This document shows, piece after piece, positions 31,413-41,677 of a DNA stretch of 64,000 nt. The position numbers and the translations under genes are program-made. The DNA is taken from the NCBI GenBank assembly GCA_046757665.1, contig JBHHYO010000004.1, positions 14,395-78,394 of the forward strand. Reading direction: 5' to 3'. Each line of letters opens with the position of its first letter. Position 1 is the first letter of the stretch. The notes beneath the pieces are model-generated. The model ran no database searches and was not told the DNA's origin. It worked only from the letters and a program-made list of their open reading frames with translations. This DNA is from Nitrospinales bacterium. Its GTDB lineage: Bacteria > Nitrospinota > Nitrospinia > Nitrospinales > JAJDAT01.

Positions 31413-31436
31413 GTTTTTCCCAAAAGTTGTTGTGCG

Positions 31437-31931
31437 TTACGATTTGACCCGCCTGGTATTGCCCAGATAATTCACGCGAAACCGGTTCGGCTCGGGATAG
31501 ACCAGCAGGTCCTCCTTTTGCAGAACAAACGTGTTGCGGTCATAGTCCGCCAACTCGTAATGTTCACGCAGGACCACGGCATCCACCGGGCAGGCCTCCT
31601 CGCAATAACCGCAGTAAATGCACCGCAGTAAATTGATTTCGTAAACCGCGGCATAGCGTTCACCCGGCGAAACGCGGTGCTCGTCGGTGTTTTCCGCGGC
31701 CACGACATGGATGCAACCCACCGGACAGTTGATGGAACACAAACTGCACCCGACACATCGTTCCAGCCCGTTTTCGTCGCGGTTCAGGAAATGCCGCCCG
31801 CGATAGCCCTTCGGCATCTGACGCTTGACTTCCGGGTATTGAATCGTTCCCGGCTTGGAAACCATGTTCCGGAAAGTCACCCCCAGGCCAATCAACAAGT
31901 TTTTGATTCCTTGAATCGCCCCGCCAATCAT
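31437..31931 (-). CDS. nuoI: NADH-quinone oxidoreductase subunit I (2x[4Fe-4S])
   Basis: Two ferredoxin-type motifs: CVGCSLCSINCP and CIYCGYCEEACP. Confidence 0.93.
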   Translation of the reverse strand: MIGGAIQGIKNLLIGLGVTFRNMVSKPGTIQYPEVKRQMPKGYRGRHFLNRDENGLERCVGCSLCSINCPVGCIHVVAAENTDEHRVSPGERYAAVYEINLLRCIYCGYCEEACPVDAVVLREHYELADYDRNTFVLQKEDLLVYPEPNRFRVNYLGNTRRVKS

Positions 31932-31950
31932 ATCGTCACCTTTTGCAACG

Positions 31951-32964
31951 TCACAGGATTTTGGCGAATCCGGTGATCAAAAGATTGAATACCGCCAACG
32001 GCAGAAGCACCTTCCAGCCAAACGTCATCAGCCGATCATAACGGATGCGCGGAAAAGTGGACCTCAGCCAGATAAACACGCACAACAACAAGAACACCTT
32101 GCCGACAAACGCCACTATGGGAAACAGCGGCAGGCCGTAGGCGTTCCAGCCGCCCAGAAACATCAAGGTCACCAGGGCGCTCATCGTGATCATGCTGATG
32201 TATTCGCCCATGAAAAACATGGCGAACTTCATGCCCGAATATTCCGTATGAAACCCCGCGACCAGTTCCTGCTCCGCCTCCGGCAGGTCGAAGGGCGCCC
32301 GATTGGTCTCCGCCACGCCGGCGGTGAAAAACAGGATGAACGCCAGCGGCTGGGTCAAAATGTAGGGAACGGACGCCTGGCTTGCCACGATCTCTCTCAG
32401 GTTCAGCGAGCCGGCCATGATGATAACACTTAACGCAGAGAGCCCCAGCGCCAATTCATAACTGATCATCTGCGCGGAAGACCGCAGTCCGCCCATCAGC
32501 GAATACTTGTTGTTCGAGGCCAGGCCGCCGAGCACGATTCCATAAATCCCCATCCCGGAAATCGCAAAGACAAACAAAATCCCGACATTGACGTTGGCCA
32601 CCCACAGCCCGATGGTCTGCCCGAAAACTTGCACCGGCTCTCCGAAAGGGATCACGGCAAAGGCGACGATGGACGTAAACACAACGATTGCCGGCGCCAG
32701 GTGGAACAGAAATTTATCCGCCGACGTCGTGACAATCGACTCCTTGAACAGCAATTTGATGGAATCGGCAAACGGCTGTATCAAGCCGAACGGCCCGACG
32801 CGGTTGGGCCCCAGGCGCACCTGAAACCGCCCCATCAACCGCCGTTCCAGCCACACCAGGAAAGGCACGGTCTGCAACAGCAGGACGGCGATGATGACCG
32901 CTTTCACGATGCCGATAATCAGGCCCGTGTACGGCGTTAAAAATTCGATCGCGGTGTCTATCAA
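31951..32964 (-). CDS. nuoH: NADH-quinone oxidoreductase subunit H
   Basis: 337 aa polytopic protein. TTG start with GGGAG upstream. Motifs RGPNRVGP-like (RLGPNRVGPFGLIQPFAD) and AETNRAPFDLPEAE. Confidence 0.92.
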   Translation of the reverse strand: MIDTAIEFLTPYTGLIIGIVKAVIIAVLLLQTVPFLVWLERRLMGRFQVRLGPNRVGPFGLIQPFADSIKLLFKESIVTTSADKFLFHLAPAIVVFTSIVAFAVIPFGEPVQVFGQTIGLWVANVNVGILFVFAISGMGIYGIVLGGLASNNKYSLMGGLRSSAQMISYELALGLSALSVIIMAGSLNLREIVASQASVPYILTQPLAFILFFTAGVAETNRAPFDLPEAEQELVAGFHTEYSGMKFAMFFMGEYISMITMSALVTLMFLGGWNAYGLPLFPIVAFVGKVFLLLCVFIWLRSTFPRIRYDRLMTFGWKVLLPLAVFNLLITGFAKIL

Positions 32965-32976
32965 AAAATTCTCCCG

Positions 32977-35451
32977 TTAATCTTTCTCAATTCGCACCCA
33001 GGCGGCCGAGCCGTCGGCATTGGCCAGCGACCAGACGCCTTGCCGGTCGGATACTTTCGGGATCACCACCCCTCCCGGATTACAAGCGTTGGAAACTTCC
33101 ACTTCGGCATTGATTTCCGCGTCACCGGACAAGATACGCACCCGGTCGCCGGTTTTGAGCCCCCGTTTCGCCGCGTCGGCCTCGTGGAGAAGCGCCGTCG
33201 AGGGTTGAAAATGATGCGCCAGCGGCGAGTCGTCCTCGAGAATCTTGTCGTTGGCGAACAACCGGTGGGCCACCCGTAGCCGCAAGGCTCCGTCCACCGG
33301 CGGCGCAACGCTATCGGCGCAAGCCCCGTTGGAGGCGGCACTTGCCACCGTTCTGTTTTTGCCGATTTTTTGAATGGTGCGCCTCTTGATGTCCTCGTAT
33401 CCCGGCACGTTCGCCGCCATTTCCGCCGTAACCGCGAAGGAGTCCGGGTACTCCGCCTCGTCGCCCAACTCCCTGGCAATTCGGGAAATGATTTTCCAGT
33501 CCGGTGGGTTGGCGGTCTTGAGGCCGCGTCTTCGATACTGAACGCGCCCGCCGATGTTGGTGGTCGTGCCTTCGTCATACATGGGACCGTTGGAGGGCAA
33601 CAGCACATGCGCCAGCCGGCTGGTCTCCGTATGCAACATGTCGTGGACCACGAGGAAATCCAGCTTCTTTAAAGCTTCTTCCACCTTCGCGCCGCCGGGG
33701 AAGTCGACAACCGGGTTGGCCCGGTGAACGATCAACGCCTTGATCTCGCCGTTGCGGGCTTTTTCGATCATTTGCAGGGCGGAGCAACCCGGTTGCAGTG
33801 GCGCCGCGTCTCCCCACAGTTCCTTGATTTTTTCCGTTTCCGTCAAGGCCAGGCCGCCGGGATAAAAATCGGGCAGAACACCCATATCCATGGCGCCGAG
33901 CGCGTTGGTTCCCGGCGCCGCCGGAATCGCCCCGCATTCCGCCGTCGGTATTTGGCCGATCACGGAGAGCAGACGCTTGACGGCGGAGACACCGTTTCCC
34001 GCCAGGGCCGCCGGATTATAAATAACGCAAACTTTCAGGCCGACGCAGATCTGCTCGGCAAATTGTTTCAATTGTTCGGATTGAATGCCGGTGGTTTTTT
34101 CAAGGTCCGCAACTTCCGGCCCCGCCTCCAGGCCCAACTGCCTCGCCAGCGTATCGGCCAGGGCGGCGATTGCCGGCGAGCCGGCGCCAACATGGTACCG
34201 CGGGGAAAGAGCGGCGTAATCGTCCATCAACGTTTTTTGATCGTTCAATACGATCAGCTTGACGCCCTTGCGCGTGACCGCCTTTTTAATCCGCAGGTCC
34301 AGAATCGGCAGTTCCTCGGTGGGGTCGACGCCAATCAACACCAGCAGGTTTGATGTTTCCACTTGCTCGAAATCGTAATGATTGACGGGCAGGCCGGGCG
34401 TATCCGGATAAGCCTTGTGGTCGATATTGTTGGAGCCGAGCCGAAGCCGCATCATCTTCTGATACAGGTACAGTTCTTCATTCGTCGGGAATGCCGACCC
34501 GATGTAGCCCATACTGCCGGGCCCGTGCTGTTCGGCGATTTCCTTGAGTTTCTGCGCCGTCCGGACAATCGCATCGTCAAGGGAGAGAGGTTCGCTTCCC
34601 TGGCCGGCGGCGGGTTGAAGGACGCGGTTTTGGCTTTCAACGAAATCATGCCCAAACCGTCCCTTGTCGCAAATCCAGTCGTCATCGACGAAATCGTTGG
34701 GCCGCGACTCGATGCGCATCAGGCTGTTGAGCCGAGCCCCAAAGGTGATGTTGCAATTGCAACCGCAATGGGCGCACAAGGTTTTGGCGTTGTCCAAATC
34801 CCAGGTGCGCGCCCGAAAGCGAAACCGGGTGTTGGTCAGCGCGCCCACCGGGCAGATATCGATCACGTTTCCCGAAAACCGGGTCGCGTACGGTTCATTA
34901 TTGAACGTACCGATCTCATTATGGAATCCGCGGTTGAGCATGACCAGCGCCTGGTCTTTCTCGATAATCTCGCTGTAGCGCGTACAGCGCTGGCAGGCAA
35001 TACAGCGTTCCCGGTCCAGGGTAATGACCGGGCTCAAGGGCTTGGCCTTGTCGTTATGGGCTCTTTGAAACACCATGCGCGTGTCGCCCGGCCCGTACTT
35101 GAAGGTGTTGTTTTGCAGGGGACACTCGCCGCCCTTGTCGCACACGGGGCAATCGAGCGGATGGTTGAGGAGGGTGAACTCCAAAACGCCTTGCCGGCCC
35201 TTCGTGACTTGCGGGGTGTCGGTTTTGACCACCATGTCCGGCGCAACGGTTTGCGTGCAGGCCGTGGCCAGCTTCGGCATTTTTTCCACTTCCACCAGGC
35301 ACATGCGGCAACAACCGAACGGCCCGAGTTTTTTGTGGTAGCAAAAAACCGGGATTTCAATGTCCACCGTCTTGGCCGCGTCGACAAGCACCGTATTTTT
35401 GGGAACGGTCACCGTTTGGCCGTCTATGGTCAGCGTAACTTTATCGTTCAT
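32977..35451 (-). CDS. nuoG: NADH-quinone oxidoreductase subunit G (824 aa)
   Basis: N-terminal 2Fe-2S and 4Fe-4S motifs (CYHKKLGPFGCCRMC, HPLDCPVCDKGGEC, CIACQRCTRY), followed by a molybdopterin-oxidoreductase-like domain. Confidence 0.92.
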   Translation of the reverse strand: MNDKVTLTIDGQTVTVPKNTVLVDAAKTVDIEIPVFCYHKKLGPFGCCRMCLVEVEKMPKLATACTQTVAPDMVVKTDTPQVTKGRQGVLEFTLLNHPLDCPVCDKGGECPLQNNTFKYGPGDTRMVFQRAHNDKAKPLSPVITLDRERCIACQRCTRYSEIIEKDQALVMLNRGFHNEIGTFNNEPYATRFSGNVIDICPVGALTNTRFRFRARTWDLDNAKTLCAHCGCNCNITFGARLNSLMRIESRPNDFVDDDWICDKGRFGHDFVESQNRVLQPAAGQGSEPLSLDDAIVRTAQKLKEIAEQHGPGSMGYIGSAFPTNEELYLYQKMMRLRLGSNNIDHKAYPDTPGLPVNHYDFEQVETSNLLVLIGVDPTEELPILDLRIKKAVTRKGVKLIVLNDQKTLMDDYAALSPRYHVGAGSPAIAALADTLARQLGLEAGPEVADLEKTTGIQSEQLKQFAEQICVGLKVCVIYNPAALAGNGVSAVKRLLSVIGQIPTAECGAIPAAPGTNALGAMDMGVLPDFYPGGLALTETEKIKELWGDAAPLQPGCSALQMIEKARNGEIKALIVHRANPVVDFPGGAKVEEALKKLDFLVVHDMLHTETSRLAHVLLPSNGPMYDEGTTTNIGGRVQYRRRGLKTANPPDWKIISRIARELGDEAEYPDSFAVTAEMAANVPGYEDIKRRTIQKIGKNRTVASAASNGACADSVAPPVDGALRLRVAHRLFANDKILEDDSPLAHHFQPSTALLHEADAAKRGLKTGDRVRILSGDAEINAEVEVSNACNPGGVVIPKVSDRQGVWSLANADGSAAWVRIEKD

Positions 35452-35456
35452 GTGTT

Positions 35457-36718
<1,262 letters not shown>

Positions 36719-36722
<4 letters not shown>

Positions 36723-37192
36723 TCAAGAGACGAAAGAATCTCGTCGATGGAATGTTTCGTCAGGTTCAAATGGTACGTATCGTTGACCCGCATTACCGGC
36801 GCCGCGCAACATTCCGCCAGGCATTCTTCCTGCAACAGGGTCACTTTATTGTCCGGCGTGGTTTCCCCGACCTGGATGTTGAGCTTGCTGGCGGTGTACT
36901 CCAGCAGGGAATCGCAACCGGTCAAATAACAACTGACATTGGTGCAGAAACGGATAACATGCCTGCCGACCGGCCTGGTGTGGTACATCGTATAAAACGA
37001 ACAAACGGACTGCACATAAGCCGGGGAGACATCCAGCCGGCGCGCAATCTCCGCCATGGCTCCCGGCGTGACATATCCTTCCTGCCTCTGCGCCAGGTGA
37101 AGCAGAGGCAGGAGGGCGGATTTTTTTTCGGGATATTTTTTCAGCGCCGCTTCAATTTCCCGTTCCGCGCTTTCCGAAAAAACGAAGCTCAC
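36719..37192 (-). CDS. nuoE: NADH-quinone oxidoreductase subunit E
   Basis: Thioredoxin-like 2Fe-2S motifs CTNVSCYLTGC and ECLAECCAAP. The GTG start overlaps the nuoD stop (GTGA). Confidence 0.92.
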
Positions 37193-38388
37193 CGGTCCAC
37201 CTCTCCCATCACAATATCCACACTACCGATAATCGCCACAACGTCGGCGATAAAAGCGCCTTCCATAATTTTGCACATGCCAGGGATGGCCATGAAAGAA
37301 GGCGCGCGCATTTTCATTCGATACGGCTGGTTCGACCCATCGCTGACGATATAAAATCCCACCTCGCCCCGGGCGCCTTCGATGGGGACGTACGTTTCCC
37401 CCTTCGGCACATGGATGCCTTCCGACACCAGTTTAAAATGATGGATCAGAGCCTCCATGCTGGTATGCAGGGTATCGCGCGGCGGCAGGGAAATTTTATT
37501 GTCCTCTACCTTGTAGGGGCCATCCGGCAGGTTTTTCAAAGCCTGGCGGACGATTTCCCGGCTTTGCCGCATTTCCTCAACCCGCACCAGGTACCGGTCA
37601 TAGACATCGCCGTTATGCTTAACGGGAACGTCAAAACGGAAATCCTCGTATCGGGAATAGGGGCGTTTTTTGCGAAAATCCCAGTCCACTCCCGAACCTC
37701 GCAGACAAGGCCCGCTCATGCTGTAGGCGATGGCTTGCTCCCGGGGAATGACTCCCACCCCCTGAGTCCGGTCCATCCAGATCGGATTTTTGGTCAACAA
37801 CGCTTCGTATTCATCAATCTTTTCCGGGAAAATATCGACAAACTCCTGAACGGCTTTCAGCCATTCGGGTGTGGCATCCCTCATCACTCCGCCAATCCGG
37901 ATGTAACTGGTCATCATGCGGACTCCGGAAGCCATCTCGTTTAAATCGAGAATCATCTCCCTTTCCCGCCAGGCATAGAGGAATACCGTCATGGCGCCGA
38001 TGTCCAGCGCATGGGTTCCGAGCCAGAGCAGATGACTGCCGATGCGGTTCAGCTCGGACATAATGACCCGCAGATAGGCCGCGCGCGGCGTTACTTCCAG
38101 CCCCAACAACTTTTCCGTGGTCAGGCAAAACGCCAGATTGTTGGTGGGCGGGTTCAGATAATCCAACCGGTCGGTCATGGGGATGCAATGGACGTAGCGC
38201 TTGGTCTCGCCGCTTTTTTCGATTCCGGTGTGCAGGTAGCCGATGTCCGGCTCGGCGGAACGGATGATTTCCCCATCCATCTCCAGGATCACCCGGAACA
38301 CCCCGTGCGTGCTGGGGTGTTGCGGCCCCATGTTCAGGGTCATCGTATCCTTGGTGCGTTCCAGAAGCCCTTTTTCGACGACGCTCAT
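37189..38388 (-). CDS. nuoD: NADH-quinone oxidoreductase subunit D
   Basis: 399 aa. Motifs LNMGPQHPSTHGVFR and the C-terminal DIVMGEVDR. Confidence 0.93.
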   Translation of the reverse strand: MSVVEKGLLERTKDTMTLNMGPQHPSTHGVFRVILEMDGEIIRSAEPDIGYLHTGIEKSGETKRYVHCIPMTDRLDYLNPPTNNLAFCLTTEKLLGLEVTPRAAYLRVIMSELNRIGSHLLWLGTHALDIGAMTVFLYAWREREMILDLNEMASGVRMMTSYIRIGGVMRDATPEWLKAVQEFVDIFPEKIDEYEALLTKNPIWMDRTQGVGVIPREQAIAYSMSGPCLRGSGVDWDFRKKRPYSRYEDFRFDVPVKHNGDVYDRYLVRVEEMRQSREIVRQALKNLPDGPYKVEDNKISLPPRDTLHTSMEALIHHFKLVSEGIHVPKGETYVPIEGARGEVGFYIVSDGSNQPYRMKMRAPSFMAIPGMCKIMEGAFIADVVAIIGSVDIVMGEVDR

Positions 38389-38397
38389 CGTGTGTTC

Positions 38398-38942
38398 CTA
38401 GTCCTGGCCGGGTTTGTACCGGGTGAGTGTTTTTTCCTTTATCAGCTCGCGATTGGTATCGATGTTGTGGGTAAAGGCGACGTCTTCCCAGTTCAAATCG
38501 TAATCCTTTCGCAAGGGATGGCCTTCCCATTCCTCCGGCATCAACAAACGCCTGAGATCGGCAAGCCCCTCGATGTGGAAACCGAACATGTCGAACAGTT
38601 CCCGTTCGGGGAATACGGCGGAGGGCCAAAGGTCGGAAATGGTGGGCACCGTAGGTTTCTCCTCCGGCAAAGCGACGCGCACGCGGATCGAATGGTTTTT
38701 CGCGATCGAATGAAATTCGTAAACCGATTCAAACCGGAGGTCCCTCTCCTGCTCCAGGTAATCGACGCCCGTGATATGACTCAGATAATCAAAATTCAAT
38801 TCCGGGTCGTCCCTGAGAACTTTTACGGTGTCATGGAGGGTATCCGGGCCGACATGGATCACCGCATCTCCCAGCGTAACCTCGGCTTGAAGGATGCTTT
38901 CGCCGCAACAGGATTTCACCCTTTGCAGGATTTCCTCGCTGG

Positions 38943-38946
<4 letters not shown>
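38398..38946 (-). CDS. nuoC: NADH-quinone oxidoreductase subunit C
   Basis: 182 aa. ATGA overlap with the nuoB stop. Motif ERELFDMFG. Confidence 0.9.
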
Positions 38947-39517
<571 letters not shown>

Positions 39518-39527
<10 letters not shown>

Positions 39528-39871
39528 TCCAAACCTCCTCGTCCCCAAACATAGACGTAAGCGATCCCTAAAATGGCGATAAATACCAACATCTCAATAA
39601 ACCCGAACAACTGCAATTCATCCAGGGCAACCGCCCAGGGATACATGAACACCACTTCGATATCGAAAATGATAAAAAGCATGGCGATGGTCGCAAACCG
39701 AACGGGAAACCTTCCCTTGGCCTCTTCCTTGGGAACCATGCCGCATTCGTAGGGAAGGACCTTGGATTCGTTCGGTCTTCGCGGACCCAGGATCGTGGAA
39801 AGCACCAGCAAGCCCGCCACGACGATCAAGGCCACGACTCCAAACACGGCCACGAAAAAATATTCGGTCAT
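39518..39871 (-). CDS. nuoA: NADH-quinone oxidoreductase subunit A
   Basis: 117 aa with 3 TM helices. Motif PYECG. It is the first gene of the operon. Confidence 0.9.
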
Positions 39872-39962
39872 ACCGATGACTCCCTAACATTTTTAAAGCC
39901 GTTGCTAACAATCATCATATCAATGTCCCGTCTGAAGGCCAAAAGATAAAGCCAAAACAGGG

Positions 39963-39990
39963 ATTATAAAGCCCTGCCACCGCCTGTCAA
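39963..39990 (-). promoter_or_regulatory. Consensus sigma70 promoter for nuoA-M (TTGACA-N16-TATAAT)
   Basis: On the minus strand the sequence is TTGACAggcggtggcagggcttTATAAT. The -35 is the reverse complement of 39985-39990 and the -10 is the reverse complement of 39963-39968. It lies about 90 nt upstream of the nuoA ATG. Confidence 0.6.
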
Positions 39991-40137
39991 TCATAGAATT
40001 CAATCTTTTGCGGCGGACGGAAACGCCTTGCCGAGAGAACAAAACTATTCATTATAAATCAATAGGTTATATAAGCTCGGTGGCGACACCGCCTTTGCCA
40101 CGCAAAAACACCGAGCAAGGCACCGCGCAAACTCAGC

Positions 40138-40170
40138 AAAAAACATCTCGGGGGAAAGGCAAAACCCCCC
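40138..40170 (-). terminator. Candidate intrinsic terminator after the 442-aa gene
   Basis: On the minus strand the sequence is GGGGGGttttgcctttCCCCCgagatgTTTTTT, about 30 nt past the stop at 40203. The loop is large and the U-run is offset, so confidence is moderate to low. Confidence 0.35.
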
Positions 40171-40202
40171 TTGGACTTCATTCTGAAGCACCCACCAAAA
40201 AT

Positions 40203-41531
40203 TTATTCCCGGTGTTCCACGTGGAGGCGGTAGATAAGGCCGGTGGGGTTGTCGCCCGGCGAAACGGCGGCGGGTTTGGCGAAGTTGTTTACCTCAAAGT
40301 GAATGATGTTTTCTCCCTCTTTAAGATACTTTCTGATGTCGATGATAAACGGGTCCGGATATTCGGCGCCGCCAAACTGTTGCACAAGCCCAACATCGTT
40401 GACCGAGATGCGACAGGCGTCATCGCTACGAATAAAAAGATCCGCCCGCGGAATCGAATCCGCCTTGCCAGCCGGGATATGAAATTTTGTGCGAAACCGG
40501 TTTTGACTGCCGGTTTTCGCTTCCTCAAGCGTGACGGACTCCCGGACCCAAATCCACTGGCTTCCCTTGATCGACCGCCATCCGCCGTTCATCGAGCAGA
40601 GGGAAGCCGACCCCCAAGTATCGGTTTCACCGTCATAGCACTCCGTCTGCGTACCGCTGACCAAAACCAGAGTTTTGGTTTTGGAACTCACCGGCGCCGT
40701 AATGTCCAGCCGCGCACTTTCACTTTCCTCCCACATCGCGGCGTTCAATTGTTGCCAGTACTCATAGATGCCGTTTCTTTTGTTAATCACCACCATGCTG
40801 GGCCGGGGCATATTACGCCCCAGGTACGGACCGATATCGGCGATAATCAATCCATACGAACGGGGTCCGTCCGCATCGATGGCGATGAAAGAATGGGAAG
40901 GAATGACGCTGTAGACATGAATTTGCAGTTTGCCTTTTTTATGCGCCTGGGTATCGTTGTCCAGTTCATCCTGCAATTTCTGCAACAAGAGCAATGAAGT
41001 TCTGATCTCATTTTTGAAGGTCGGCTTGCCCCTGCCCTGGCGGGTGATGAGATCCACCACATGGGAATTGGGGTCCATCAGCAATAATCTGACATTGATA
41101 CCTTTCAGGATTTGTTCCCTGATAAGCTCGCGACTGCTGGTGGCGATGGAAAGCAAGGACGTGCCGCCGATGAATATCTCGCGTTTCACATCCTTAAAAA
41201 GAGACTCGAAGGAATACGCCCGGCCCAGTTCGGACCGATTCTTATAAATACCCTTGATGCCCAGGCGCACCGCGTCGGGATTGACGATTTCCTCAAGCGC
41301 CGCCTTGTATTCGTTGAACGAAAGTTCCCGAAGAAAAATTTCGTAAGCCAGGGAAACCACTCCGATCAGGGACATCAGGAGAGAAAATTCCCTAACCGGA
41401 AGCAACCAATGGCTGTCTGAACCGACTATCTTTTCGGCTCCGACATAAGCTACGGCGCCCAGGACAAATATGATCAATCCCAGGAATAAAATCCGTTCAC
41501 GAACCCAGGTTTTTATATTCGGCTGATTCAA
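40203..41531 (-). CDS. Orphan membrane-anchored protein (442 aa): 2 TM helices, a DUF5919-like alpha/beta module and a C-terminal beta-rich (jelly-roll-like) domain
   Basis: TTG start. TM helices are ILFLGLIIFVLGAVAYVGA and FSLLMSLIGVVSLAYEIFL. The central pattern is GIKGIYKNRSE...REIFIGGTSLLSI...GINVRLLLMDPNS. The C-terminal pattern is WIWVRESV...RFRTKFHIP...ADLFIRSDDACRISVNDVGL...IIHFEVNN. Confidence 0.7.
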   Translation of the reverse strand: MNQPNIKTWVRERILFLGLIIFVLGAVAYVGAEKIVGSDSHWLLPVREFSLLMSLIGVVSLAYEIFLRELSFNEYKAALEEIVNPDAVRLGIKGIYKNRSELGRAYSFESLFKDVKREIFIGGTSLLSIATSSRELIREQILKGINVRLLLMDPNSHVVDLITRQGRGKPTFKNEIRTSLLLLQKLQDELDNDTQAHKKGKLQIHVYSVIPSHSFIAIDADGPRSYGLIIADIGPYLGRNMPRPSMVVINKRNGIYEYWQQLNAAMWEESESARLDITAPVSSKTKTLVLVSGTQTECYDGETDTWGSASLCSMNGGWRSIKGSQWIWVRESVTLEEAKTGSQNRFRTKFHIPAGKADSIPRADLFIRSDDACRISVNDVGLVQQFGGAEYPDPFIIDIRKYLKEGENIIHFEVNNFAKPAAVSPGDNPTGLIYRLHVEHRE

Positions 41532-41611
41532 AGATATTCACCATTGTTGATCGGAAAACGGCGGGAACGACCCGTCAGGTGGCGGGATTGATCGCAAATG
41601 CCAGCGGGTCG

Positions 41612-41640
41612 ATTCTACTAGAAAATCGCTTGTTTTACAA
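41612..41640 (-). promoter_or_regulatory. Candidate sigma70 promoter for the 442-aa gene (TTGTAA-N17-TAGAAT)
   Basis: On the minus strand the sequence is cTTGTAAaacaagcgattttctagTAGAAT. The -35 overlaps the small palindrome CTTGTaaaACAAG. It lies in the 146-nt gap after the 768-aa gene. Confidence 0.3.
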
Positions 41641-41677
41641 GGGTATGGCGCAAAACCGCGGAAGAACGGCTCACCAT

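Noticed and set aside
40008-40997. A 329-aa plus-strand ORF overlapping the 442-aa orphan gene and the nuo promoter region.
   Set aside because: It is R/P/G-rich. It starts inside the intergenic promoter/terminator region without an SD. The minus-strand frame has TM helices and domain-like sequence.
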